Position numbers and translations under genes: made by a program. This document shows, one piece after another, positions 12,282-25,045 of a DNA stretch of 64,000 bases. The DNA comes from Psammoneis japonica (lineage: Eukaryota): NCBI GenBank assembly GCA_008632985.1, contig QPGO01000284.1, positions 1 to 64,000 of the forward strand, read 5' to 3'. How positions within the stretch are numbered: position 1 is the stretch's first letter; every line of letters begins with the position of its first letter. The notes under the pieces are model-generated. The model was not told where the DNA came from, searched no databases, and was given only the letters and a program-made list of their open reading frames with translations.

Positions 12282-15200
12282 GTGACTTTGCCGCCGTTTT
12301 GAGCCCTTGGTGATTTTGTGCCCTTTGTGGTTTTGCGCCCTTGTCCATTTTGCGCCCTTTGTGATTTTGCACCCGTTGCTGCCATTTGGCACCCTTTGTG
12401 ATTTTGAGCCCTTTGTGAATTTGCGCCATTTGTTTGTTTTGCACCCTTTGATGCCGCTTTGCACCCTTTGCCGCCATTTGTGCCCTTGGCCATTTTGCGC
12501 CCTTTGTGATTTTGCGCCCTTGGCCATTTTGCACCCTTTGTGATTTTGCGCCCTTTGCCGCCATTTTGCACCCTTTGTGATTTTGCACCCTTGGCCATTT
12601 TGCGCCCTTTTTGATTTTGAGCCCTTTGTGATTTTGAGCCCTTGGCCATTTTGCACCCTTTGTGATTTTGCACCCTTTGCCGCCACATTGCACCCTTTGT
12701 GATTTTGCGCCCTTTGTGATTTTGCACCCTTTGTCATTTTGAGCCCTTTGCGACTTTGCGCCCTTGAACATTTTGCGCCCTTTGTGATTTTGCACCCTTT
12801 GCCGCCATTTTGCACCCTTTGTGATTTTGAGCCCTTGGAACTTTGCGCCCTTGGCCATTTTGCACCCTTTGTGATTTTGAGCCCTTGGCCACTTTGCGCC
12901 CTTTGTGATTTTGCACCATTTGCCACCATTTTGCACCCTTTGTGATTTTGCACCCTTGGCCATTTTGCACCCTTGGCCATTTTGCGCCCTTTGTGATTTT
13001 GGGCCCTTTGTGATTTTGTGCCCTTGGCCATTTTGCTCCCTTTGTGAATTTGCACCCTTTGCTGCCATTTTGCACCCTTTGTGATTTTGCGCCCTTTGTG
13101 ATTTTGCGCCCTTGGCCATTTTGCGCCCTTTGTGATTTTGCACCCTTTGCCGCCATTTTGCACCCTTTTTGATTTTGTGCCCTTGGCCATCTTGCGCCCT
13201 TTGTGATTTTGCGCCCTTTGCCGCCATTTTGCACAATTTGTGATTTTGCACCCTTGGCCATTTTGCGCCCTTTTTGATTTTGAGCCCTTTGTGATTTTGA
13301 GCCCTTGGCCATTTTGCACCCTTTGTGATTTTGCACCCTTTGCCGCCATTTTGCACCCTTTGTGATTTTGCACCCTTTGTGATTTTGAGCCCTTTGTGAT
13401 TTTGTGCCCTTGGCCATTTTGCTCCCTTTGTGAATTTGCGCCCTTTGCCGCCATTTTGCACCCTTTGTGATTGTGCGCCCTTTGTGCTTTTGCGCCCTTT
13501 TGGCCATTTTGCGCCCTTTGTGATTTTGCACCCTTTGCCGCCATTTTGCACCCTTTGTGATTTTGAGCCCTTTGCGACTTTGCGCCCTTGGCCATTTTGC
13601 ACCCTTTGTGATTTTGCACCCTTTGCCGCCATTTTGCACCCTTTGTGATTTTGCACCCTTTGCCGCCATTTTGCGCCCTTTGTTTGCACCCTTTGTGACT
13701 TTGCACCATTTGCCGCCATTTTGCGCCCTTTGTGATTTTGAACCCTTTGCTGCCATTTTGCACCCTTTGTGATTTTGCGCCCTTTGTGATTTTGCGCCCT
13801 TGGCCATTTTGCTCCCTTTGTGATTTTGCACCCTTTGCCATTTTGCACCCTTTGTGATTTTGCACCCTTGGCCATTTTTCGCCCTTTGTGATTTTGCACC
13901 CTTTGCCGCCATTTGGCGCCCTTTGTGATTTTGAGCCCTTTGCGACTTTGCGCCCTTGGCCATTTTGCACCCTTTGTGATTTTGCACCCTTTGCCGCCAT
14001 TTTGCACCCTTTGTGATTTTGCACCCTTTGCCGCCATTTTGCGCCCTTTGTTTGCACCCTTTGTGACTTTGCACCATTTGCCGCCATTTTGCGCCCTTTG
14101 TGATTTTGAACCCTTTGCTGCCATTTTGCACCCTTTGTGATTTTGCGCCCTTTGTGATTTTGCGCCCTTGGCCATTTTGCTCCCTTTGTGATTTTGCACC
14201 CTTTGCGATTTTGCACCCTTTGCAGCCATTTTGCGCCCTTTGTGATTTTGTGCCCTTTGCCGCCATTTTGCGCCCTTTGTGATTTTGCCCCTTTGGCCAT
14301 TTTGCACCCTTTGAAATTTTGCACCCTTTGCCGCCATTTTGCACCCTTTGCGATTTTGCACCCTTTTTTATTTTGCACCCTTGGCCATTTTGCACCCTTT
14401 GTGATTTTGAGCCCTTTGCAACTTTGCGCCCTTGGCCATTTTGCACCCTTGGTGATTTTGAACCCTTTGCCGCCATTTTGCACCCTTTGTGGCTTTGCGC
14501 CCTTTGTGGCTTTGCACCCTTTGTGATTTTGCACCCTTGGCCATTTAGCACCCTTTGTGATTTTGAGCCCTTTGTGATTTTGAGCCCTTGACCACTTTGC
14601 ACCCTTTGTGATTTTGCACCCTTTGCCGTCATTTTGCACCCTTTGTGATTTTGCACCCTTTGTTGTGATTTTGCACCCTTTGCCGCCATTTTGCACCCTT
14701 TGCTGCCATTTTGCACCCTTTGTGATTTTGCACCCTTTGTGATTTTGCACCCTTGGCCATTTTGCTCCCTTTGTGATTTTGCACCCTTTGCAATTTTGCA
14801 CCCTTTGTGATTTTGCACCCTTTGCCACCATTTTGCACCCTTTGTGATTTTGCACCCTTGGCCATTTTGCACCCTTTGTGATTTTGCACCCTTTGCCTCC
14901 ATTTTGGGCCCTTTGTGATTTTGCACCCTTGGCCATTTTGCACCCTTTGTGATTTTGAGCCCTTTGCGACTTTGCGCCCTTGGCCATTTTGCGCCCTTTG
15001 CACCCTTTGCGATTTTGCACCCTTTGCAGCCATTTTGCGCCCTTTGTGATTTTGTGCCCTTTGCCGCCATTTTGCGCCCTTTGTGATTTTGCGCCTTTTT
15101 GGCCATTTTGCACCCTTTGAAATTTTGCACCCTTTGCCGCCATTTTGCACCCTTTGCGATTTTGCACCCTTTTTGATTTTGCACCCTTGGCCATTTTGCA

Positions 15201-17269
15201 CCCTTTGTGATTTTGAGCCCTTTGCGACTTTGCGCCCTTGAACATTTTGCACCCTTTGTGATTTTGCGCCCTTTGCCGCCATTTTGCACCCTTTGTGATT
15301 TTGCACCCTTTGCCGCCATTTTGCTCCCTTTGTGATTTTGAGCCCTTTGCGACTTTGCACCCTTGGCCATTTTGCACCCTTTGTGATTTTGCACCCTTTG
15401 CCGCCACTTTGCACCCTTTGTGATTTTGCACCCTTTGCCGCCATTTTCTGCCCTTTGTGATTTTGTGCCCTTTGTGATTTTGCGCCCTTGGCCATTTTGC
15501 TCCCTTTGTGATTTTGCACCCTTTGCGATTTTGCACCCTTTGCAGCCATTTTGCGCCCTTTGTGATTTTGTGCCCTTTGCCGCCATTTTGCGCCCTTTGT
15601 GATTTTGCGCCTTTGGCCATTTTGCACCCTTTGAAATTTTGCACCCTTTGCCGCCATTTTGCACCCTTTGCGATTTTGCACCCTTTTTGATTTTGCACCC
15701 TTGGCCATTTTGCACCCTTTGTGATTTTGAGCCCTTTGCAACTTTGCGCCCTTGGCCATTTTGCACCCTTGGTGATTTTGAACCCTTTGCCGCCATTTTG
15801 CACCCTTTGTGGCTTTGCGCCCTTTGTGGCTTTGCACCCTTTGTGATTTTGCACCCTTGGCCATTTAGCACCCTTTGTGATTTTGAGCCCTTGACCACTT
15901 TGCACCCTTTGTGATTTTGCACCCTTTGCCGCCATTTTGCACCCTTTGTGATTTTGCACCCTTTGTTGTGATTTTGCACCCTTTGCCGCCATTTTGCACC
16001 CTTTGCTGCCATTTTGCACCCTTTGTGATTTTGCACCCTTTGTGATTTTGCACCCTTGGCCATTTTGCTCCCTTTGTGATTTTGCACCCTTTGCAATTTT
16101 GCACCCTTTGTGATTTTGCACCCTTTGCCACCATTTTGCACCCTTTGTGATTTTGCACCTTTTGTGATTTTGCACCCTTGGCCATTTTGCACCCTTTGTG
16201 ATTTTGCACCCTTTGCCTCCATTTTGGGCCCTTTGTGATTTTGCACCCTTGGCCATTTTGCACCCTTTGTGATTTTGAGCCCTTTGTGACTTTGCGCCCT
16301 TGGCCATTTTGCGCCCTTTGCACCCTTTGCGATTTTGCACCCTTTGCAGCCATTTTGCGCCCTTTGTGATTTTGTGCCCTTTGCCGCCATTTTGCGCCCT
16401 TTGTGATTTTGCACCTTTTTGGCCATTTTGCACCCTTTGAAATTTTGCACCCTTTGCCGCCATTTTGCACCCTTTGCGATTTTGCACCCTTTTTGATTTT
16501 GCACCCTTGGCCATTTTGCACCCTTTGTGATTTTGAGCCCTTTGCGACTTTGCGCCCTTGAACATTTTGCACCCTTTGTGATTTTGCACCCTTTGCCGCC
16601 ATTTTGCACCCTTTGTGATTTTGCACCCTTTGCCGCCATTTTGCTCCCTTTGTGATTTTGAGCCCTTTGCGACTTTGCACCCTTGGCCATTTTGCACCCT
16701 TTGTGATTTTGCACCCTTTGCCGCCACTTTGCACCCTTTGTGATTTTGCACCCTTTGCCGCCATTTTCTGCCCTTTGTGATTTTGTGCCCTTTGTGATTT
16801 TGCGCCCTTGGCCATTTTGCTCCCTTTGTGATTTTGCACCCTTTGCGATTTTGCACCCTTTGCAGCCATTTTGCGCCCTTTGTGATTTTGCACCCTTTGC
16901 CTCCATTTTGGGCCCTTTGTGATTTTGCACCCTTGGCCATTTTGCACCCTTTGTGATTTTGAGCCCTTTGCGACTTTGCACCCTTGGCCATTTTGCACCC
17001 TTTGTGATTTTGCGCCCTTGGCCATTTTGCACCCTTTGTGATTTTGAGCCCTTTGCGACTTTGCGCCCTTGGCCATTTTGCACCCTTTGTGATTTTGCAC
17101 CCTTTGCCACCATTTTGCACCCTTTGCGATTTTGCGCCCTTGGCCATTTTGCGCCCTTTGTGATTTTGCACCCTTTGCCGCCATTTTGGGCCCTTTTTGA
17201 TTTCGCACCCTTTGTGATTTTGCAACCTTGGCCATTTTGTCCCCTTTGTGATTTTTTGCCCTTTGCGAT
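12282..17269 (-). repeat. 17/20-bp modular satellite, array 2 (~5 kb) with 1,320-bp higher-order repeat
   Basis: Units gcaccctttgtgatttt (17), gcacccttggccatttt (17), gcaccctttgccgccatttt (20). Lines at 14161/15481/16801 and at 14881/16201 are identical (offset 1,320). Confidence 0.96.
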
Positions 17270-17453
17270 TGAACAAACGCTGCCATGACAGCCAAGAATT
17301 GGGTGTGAGACAAGACAGAGTGCACGACAGCATCAACAGGTTCCAGAGTTGTGAGATGTCACGCTGCTGGGACCACCAAATGAGCGACAGTGGACCAATT
17401 GCCAATGTTGTGTGAATTGCCAGCATTCGTGACAGTGTGCCAGCATTTGTTCA
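17270..17453 (-). repeat. 3' LTR of the Copia element (184 bp)
   Basis: Bounded by the 8-bp inverted repeat TGAACAAA...TTTGTTCA. On the minus strand it is preceded by a purine tract (ttcaagggggc) just after the RNase H end. Confidence 0.8.
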
Positions 17454-20400
17454 GCCCCCTTGAACTGACGCTGGCTCCACTTGGGCCAGATTGACAGACA
17501 AGTGCAACCTGATGCTGCCCTGCTCCAGGGCAGCATTTTCATGTTGGGGATGGGAAAAGCCGCACATGCGTGGCAAACCCATTCTGTTTGTCCCCTTTTG
17601 GGGCTTGCCACAGGACATGACTTGCAATTTCCTGGAGCTTCAGCCCAGGCAACAACTTGGTTGGCACGTCCGCCAAATTCGTGTGCCCGTCTTCCCAAGC
17701 AATGCGCGCTGTTCCAGCAGCTTGTGCCTCGCAAGTCCTGTGACAGGCAATCGCATTGTGCTTCTTCTTCAAAGCAGACTCTGGCTCAGTTGAGTTCTTG
17801 AAGACAGCTTCATTGTCGCAGATGACATCAGCGGCTCCATCCACGGGGATTCCCAGCATCCGAAGCTTGCAATGCAAGGCTTCAATTTGCTCCACTGCAG
17901 TCTTCATTGCCATGAACTCTGACCCAAAAGTGGATGATTTCATGGCATTCTGCTGCTCAGAGCAACACAAGATGGGAGCTTGTTGTTGAATGTCAGGATC
18001 CCAGTGTGGGACCTGCACATCACACAGCATCCGGCATGATCAGCGTTGACAAAGCAAGCAGCAGTCATGCTGTTCCCACGTGCTTCTGGCATGTTCGGCG
18101 GAATTGGTTCAGCCGCACCAGGACAATGTTCTCCCTGGTTGCACTTGGCAAAACGACTCTTGTCAAAGACCGGCTCAATGTCATCGAACACTGGCGCAGA
18201 CTTGGAGCGAGCCTTCAAGCATGCAAAGACATGGAGCACCTCGTCCAGGTGTTGAACTCGTGGTGCTGCCAAGCAGGAGAACATGAGTGAGAAAGCAACA
18301 AAAATGTCCACTTGCCTCAGCTCAACTGTCCATTGCAGCACACCAACAAGGCCTTGGCAGCAGTTGGCCATTTTGGCACTCAACTCAGGCAAGCCATCCA
18401 GCTCAGGCCCATGCCCCGAGCTCAAGGGCATCAATGCCTTTGTCAGAAGGCCCGCCAGTTTTCTTGAGCTCCAACTCAACATCGGCCAATGCCCTTTTGA
18501 CACAAAGGTCAGAGGACATGGCCCAGCGTGTCTTGCCATCCAAGTCAGACAACTGGCACTTTCTGATCTGGGCGCCCAAGCACTCTTCCGGCTCACAGAC
18601 ACTTCCGTCCTTGCGCCCGTGCCTGGAGCTCACATGATCCACGACCTTCTGAGGTTCATGGGAGATGCACAACAAGTCATCCATGCACACAAGCACATGT
18701 TCCCAGTGCTTGAAGCCACCCGGCTTGACCGCAGCTCACATCCAGACATCCGGGTCAGCCTTGCAAGACTCAAACCCAGCGTCATGCAAGGTGGCTGCCA
18801 TGTGTTCCCTGAATCTCGCACCTGAAGACTTGAGACCACACAAGGCTCAGACAACAATTGCCAGCCTTCCTTCGTTGTGCTTCCCAAATTCCAGGCCAGC
18901 AGCAGTGCAACACTTCTCCTCAGTGTGTGCGTTCAAGTGGGCACTCTGAACGTCAGCACTCAGGACCTCCAGGTCATTCAGAGCTGCTGCAGCAAATGCT
19001 GTCCCAGCGCTGTCATGTGATGCCACACCAGAACAAGTCAATTCCTTGGGTGGATTGGTTTGATGGCCTCCGGCCACAAACCTTGCTTTGCGTTGGAGGG
19101 TGCTCTTGATGTCAAAGATCACATGACAGTCAATGTGATTGTGCCTGACCGGTGCAGTGTCGTCATCACAGAATTCAAGCGCAGGCATGACGTTGCGCAT
19201 TTCCTTCTCAATGTTTGCTGCAGCGCACTCAGCAACCTCGACTGGGTCAGATTCCTTCAAATCCTTGAGGGGAACCCAGGATGCAGTCCCGTCCTTCCAT
19301 TTGACTTGCAGGTCCCAGCCTGCAGTTGTCCTCCCAGGAGCGTGCCTGCCAGTCTCAGACGTCATGCACCTGTCATCAGCCGTTGCGGCACGGGCATCAC
19401 ATTGGTGATCAACTGTCTCCTTCACAATCTGGCAGGCATTCCCTTCAGAGTCCATCTGAGCAAACAGGTTCTCTGCAATTGCGTCAGCGGCACAGGAATC
19501 AGTGGATCCATCAGGAAACTCCACATCGTGTGTCCTCAAGTCTGGGACAGGGTTGTCATTCCCAGCACCAATGGGAACCCCGTCATCATCTTATTTGCAT
19601 GCAATGACGTCCATGAAGTCATCAGGGAGTTCAGGGAAGTCAGCATTGGCACCCTGTTCCGGGATGTCGAGTCATTCAATCAAGGCCTGATTGACTGACG
19701 CAAGATCTGTTTTGATTGCCAGAGTTTTAAGGTCATCCTCCGGCATGGCCCACACATCTTTCTGAATGATGGGTCTGCCTGATTTGGGCAGGATGACAAA
19801 TGCCATGTCGTCAGTGCAGTTGCAGTTGTCAGCTGCTCCAAGCCAACGGCCGATGCACTTCTTCTTGTGTGGGAACTCTGCCACAGGCATGTGACAGCAG
19901 ACAGGTTGACACCAATCAAAGAGAGAGAGAGAGCGACAAAATGTCAGGTGTTGAACCTGTCACCTCTTCTTCTGGGACTCATCCTCCCATGTCTGATGTG
20001 CTGGCAGTCGCAATCATGCGTTGGACATCACATGTCCACTTGGCACTGCGGGACCAAAGTCGCCTGTGAGCGCCAGTCCGGCGCAGAGTCACTCGGACTC
20101 TCTTCTTCAACTCATGGATGGATGCCTTGGCCAGGTTCTGCCAGGGGCTGTGCGGGGTGGACACCTCCTGGTGCATCCTGCATTCCTTGCAAATCTCCTT
20201 GGTCTGGCCTTCTGCCATTTAAGGTGCGCCATCAAACACAAGGACTTGACATGACGGCACTCAGGTGGCCCTGTTTCTCTTCCAAGGATGGAGCCTGTCA
20301 TGCCCTCTTCCATTGGCAAATGTGCTCCCTCCCATCTTGCCATGCATTGACCTGACCTTCGAAAACATCTGGTCAGAGCAGAGGTGTCCTTTGACAGCAG

Positions 20401-20651
20401 GGAACTCAAGCCACGGGGCTTTCTTCCAGACTTTCCGCTCAGATGGCACGCAGACATTGCGGACCCCTGCCTGGGTTGTCACTCTGAGGGTGTTCTTGGT
20501 GGCCGTCACACCAATGCTCCACCTCTTGGAGAGCATCTCGGGTGTGATGGTTGATGCATGACTTGAGGTCAACAGCGCATGCACCCATTTCTGCTTGGCA
20601 CAATCCGGGTGGATGTCTGGGTTGCACCGGTCGTGCAGCCCATCTCCCTCA

Positions 20652-21034
20652 GACAGGTTCCAGCCCCAGGTGGGACTTTTTGTGACATTGAGCCCGCAGA
20701 ATTCTGCACGCGAGCTCCGCAGTAAAATCACTGGGCAGCAAACATGTGGGTGATCACCAACAGAAAAAGGGGCAATTTTGCAAATGCATCTCCTCCTCCA
20801 CACTTGAAGCACGTACTTTGCAGCATGCCAGGGTGTGTTCTTCAGACATTGAAGAACACACCCAGCGTGTTTTTGTTGACATGAAGCCTTTGGCTTCGCA
20901 AGACAGGCGGTGTGGAACAATTTTTTGTGACAGAGCACGCAGAAATGTGTGTGTGAAACATGCGACGGATGACAAAAAACAAACACGCCACAGCTCAGCA
21001 GTGCAAGGTCCCACCCAGAGCTCTGGAGCACGTC
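20652..21034 (+). mobile_element. MITE family copy, TSD CTCA
   Basis: ctca|gacaggttccagccccaggtggga...tcccacccagagctctggagcacgtc|ctca. Inserted in the Copia. Confidence 0.93.
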
Positions 21035-21128
21035 CTCAATGTTGTTGTGGGAGATGCGTTCGCCTGAGCAACCAGGCGGCAATGCAGAGAATTGTCGTCA
21101 TCAGTGTCCAGCATGTGGTTTTTAGTTG

Positions 21129-21240
21129 TTTTGCACCCTTTGTGATTTTGAGCCCTTTGTGATTTTGAGCCCTTGGCCATTTTGCACCCTTTGTGATTTT
21201 GAGCCCTTTGCGACTTTGTGCCCTTGGCCATTTTGCACCC
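21129..21240 (-). repeat. 17-bp modular satellite, array 3 (short)
   Basis: ttttgcaccctttgtgattttgagccc...ggccattttgcaccc. Confidence 0.93.
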
Positions 21241-23010
21241 CAAAAGCAAAGTGGACAGTGAGTTCATTCGCCTGTGACGCACGCAACTTGAATTTGGAGC
21301 ATTGCAAACATTGGGGCAGTTGGCAAATTGCCGTTTGTTTGATGTGAACCAAAATTGGGACATTCATTGTTGTGTGTTGTTTGTTGAGAATGGCAAAAAA
21401 ACCGTTGCACATCATCTGCAGTTTGATTCCCCGGGAATGAAACTGCAGGAGGCTTTTATTCTGGCTGCTGGCAGGGGCCCAGGCGGAAGGAAGAAAGCGG
21501 TTGACGGCCTGTTTTCTTTGGTGAAAGGAAGGCATGAATGCAAAAACTGGGTGTCCAACAATGGCAACAAGCCGCCAGGAGGGTTGAGTGCGTTGACAAG
21601 GTGATGTTCAGTGCCTCGGAGGAGAGAGATGGACGGAAACCAGAACATGCTGCAAAAAGATTCTGGGGGGCACAACAATGCAGGGAGGAGAGTGTCAAAC
21701 ATCAATCAGCCTGAATGTGGTTTGCTTGTTGCCATCACAAAAAATGCCAGAAGCGGTGGGGAAGGTTTGGAGGAGCTGTTGTTCTGTGCGGGAACACGGG
21801 TGTCAGCAAATGGTTGTCTGGTGAGCGAAAACAAAAAGTGCAGCACACGTTGAAAACCCACGTGAGTTTTGCACTGTCACAAAAAAAGCCCGTGGAGAAG
21901 CACGGCAACCAGCATCACCCACACACGGGTGTGAACACCGCGCTCCATGCGGTGTGACGCTCCACACAAATCCAGCATGTCACACGTGTGTGCGCTGCGC
22001 GCACACGCTTGGGTGAGCTTTCGGTTGGCCAAATCTTTGGTGAAGACGCTGGTGGGCAAGGTGCAGTTGACACGTTTTGCATTGTAGAATTTCATGCCAG
22101 CATCGGCTGGCGGATGAGCCCTTTCATGAACTGATGTTTTGCGATGACACAAACTGTCCAGAGAAAGTCACAAACATGCCTCAGATGGTTGTGTTCATTT
22201 GCGGATGGTTGACAAAGAAGAAGAGCCTCAAACTGCTCTCTCTGATTGGACACCTGGAAGAGCCAGGGAACATTTTGTCCAATGAGGCAAACCAGAAAAC
22301 AGTCTCCACCAAAGACTTTGTTCCCAAATTTGAAATCAATCCAGTTGAGAAGGGCAGCGGTGAGTGTGACCGAGAAATTGACACCACGTCGTCTCTGTGT
22401 CGCACGGTCTGTCCTCATTGGCTTCAATTCTGCGGAATCGATGAGCCATTGCACCAACCTGGCATTGTCTGTCTGTGCATTGGATTGTTTGCAGGATCGG
22501 AACACCAACGCGGTCCCCATCTAACCTGTTTGGTGATTGTTTCCACGCAGGAAATGCAAAGCATGCCAAGTCAACCTTGAAGGAATTGATTGAGGAGATT
22601 TGCATGGCAGGCATGAGCAATGTGCACGATGTGGCTGTTTCAGACAGAGTCGAGCTCAACCACCAAAGGCTGAAGAAATGGTTGGAAGAACCAAACAAGA
22701 GACTCATTGAGGTGGTGGGGAAATCAAAACAGAGCAAGAAAAGGAAAAGGGACGATGAGGACGAGCCCGACGAAGAAACTGCTGCAAAACCTGCCGCGAA
22801 AAGAAAACGCAAGAGAATGAAGTGGAGCAAGAATTCTGAGATGCACAAGTCCGTCAGCGGCGCATTGGACAACACCCTGGATGCAGATGACAGCCGACAG
22901 GAGGCTTTTGTGAAGTTGCAACAAGAGTGCGTTAGGACCTGTCAAACACAGGCGGCTCTTGGAGCAGCTGTCTGCCACCTGCAAAGCAACTCAAATCTGA
23001 CAGTGAAGGA

Positions 23011-25045
23011 TGTGAAGGAACAGATTCACTTCAGAGGATTGAACAGCGAAGACGAGGAGGACACTTTTGCACCTGAAGAGCAGGAATCGGAGCAGACATT
23101 CGGAGTCACCCACAAAACCTGTGAAGACGCAATGAACCGAACGCGTGGCACATCTCCAAGGGTTGTCAACTGCCGGAATTTCCAAGCTCTTTTTGATGAA
23201 GACACAGAGACAAAGAAACAATTTGAGCATGAGTGCGACTTGATTCACAAGAACTTCAGCAAGGCAATGCCATGGGCATGCGACAACACAATGCACAATG
23301 GACTCAAGAAGGAAAGACTGGAGAACGAGGACAAAATGAGAAAGACGATTTTGGAAGACAGAATGAAGGAAGAGAGCGAGAAAAGGAAGGCAAAAAAGAA
23401 AAAAAAGCGGGCAAAGAAGGACAAAGCGGCACAAGCAGAGGTCACAGTGGAGGGACAGCAAGGGGGAAACGATGACGAAGGGATGATGAACACCACCTTG
23501 GCAGTCCTGCGGCACCAAGATGGGAGCACACAACAAGTGGGCGAGGATGCAGCCGGCAACCCCACTGTGGAACATGACAAGGAAACAGATGAGGAAGAGG
23601 AGAAGGAGGAGGAGGCATCAGAGAAGGATGAGGATAAAACACGTGACAACAACGACAATGATGATGATGACAAAGATGGAGATCACACCCCTGACAAAGA
23701 TGGAGATTGCACACCCCTTCAAATTGAAGAACAGAAGATAGATTGTTCAGATGAGGGGGGCCATGGGGGCGCCGGCCAGTCGCCAGATGACAAAGCGACT
23801 TCTGACAGTGACGGAATGTCAGAGGAGAACGACCATCAACAGGGGGGGCAAGGAAATGACAAAGCAGATGAAGAGGAGCCGTCTGCTGCAAACCCTGAGC
23901 AACAGGTGGAAGAGGACGAACAAAACATGGATGTGGCTGGGAGTGATGCAGATTCGAACAACAAACCCCTTGCAAGTGGGAGTGACAGCGACAGCAGTTG
24001 CTCCCTCCTGAATCGAATCCAAGAAGAGCCACGCTCCGCTGCAAGGAAAAGACGTGCGAGAATGCATGTTGTCTCCTCATCCTCTGAATCATCCTCTGAA
24101 TCAGAGATTGATGCATCAGATGATGACGACCCTTCAAGTGCTGTGGCTGCTGCCAAAGTTTCAGCCAAGATGAAAACCCCGTCAAAAGTGTCTGAACCAC
24201 AAAACAAGAATGTGAGGAAAAGAGTTGTTTGAGCAACTCCGGATCGTGAGACAAAAACGGACGCAAAGCGCTGGCCAAAATGGAGGAAAGAAAGGTGCAG
24301 GAAAGGAGGAAGAGAATTGAGGCAGACAAGAAAAGGGGGGGGGAAGGTGGTGGCGAGAGCAAAGGCAATGGAGGCAAAGAGAAAGAAATTGAAAAAATGA
24401 AGAATGCCAGCAAGCCAAAGAAGGACACGCCGCCGACAGGAAGAATGATGGCAGAACAACCCCCACCCATCCCAACGAATTCGTCAAAGAAAAAAGATGC
24501 ACAACTGCCTGCGGAACAAAAAACAACAAAAATGAAGTTTGGGCAGTTGGGCACATGCATCGACCACAAAAATGTGTGCGGGGAGCATCGCAGTCTCAAA
24601 ATGGCTGCATTGCTGTGAATCCCGCAACGTTCATTGTCCACTTTTTGTTTTCAGGTTTGTGGCGATTTTGTCATTCAGTTGCTTGTTTTGGGTGTTGCTT
24701 GCAGTCACGCTGTCAGTCACAACATGTGAAAACGATGCTTGACTGATTCGATGTGTGTGATGACTTGTCCTGAGTTCGACTGTGGATGAGAAATGGGTGC
24801 GGGTGCGCACCCATTTGGCATGGTCTGTCCATTGACAGGAGCAAATTTGCATCGATCGCTTTGGCAAATGCATGTCATGAGGTCGGCTGTTGATGAGAAA
24901 TGGACGCAGGTGCGCATCCATTTGGCATGGTCTGTCCTTCAACCGTGGCCACTTGGCATCGATCAGGTGGGGTCTGTCATTCAACTGGAAGCGTTTCGTG
25001 CCACCTCATGACCAAAACCCAAACCCTCCCATCCCAAATGCACCA
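23011..25045 (+). repeat. Dispersed repeat R1 copy 2 (longest; reading frame open 22475-24232)
   Basis: Colinear with 4879-6898 and 32663-33830. Encodes QIHFRGLNSEDEEDTFAPEE...FQALFDEDTE followed by acidic and Lys-rich tracts. Confidence 0.85.

Larger units (their letters stand above)
17270..21120 (-). mobile_element. Ty1/Copia (CoDi-type) LTR retrotransposon: integrase-RT-RNase H, frameshifted, 5' part missing
   Basis: Integrase: TPHSPWQNLAKASIHELKK. RT: CHVIFDIK..RKARFVAGGH, ADVQSAHLNA, LVCMDDLL (=YVDD). RNase H: SSTFGSEF...CDNEAV...KKKHNAIACHR...NLADVPTK. Confidence 0.93.

Noticed and set aside
12282..17269. CRISPR array or telomeric repeat
   Set aside because: There are no unique spacers or cas genes and the context is eukaryotic. 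CCCTTT is not CCCTAA, and TA->CA/TG decay of CCCTAA would give CCCCAA or CCCTGA instead.
11645..17426. Very long ORFs (up to 1,722 aa; KGAKSQRVQNHKGCK repeats)
   Set aside because: They are translations of a satellite that lacks stop codons on that strand. All three frames give the same peptide because the units are 17/20 bp.
21035..21900. 5' LTR, gag and protease of the Copia
   Set aside because: No second TGAACAAA...TTTGTTCA copy is present; the coding sequence breaks at the satellite near 21125.
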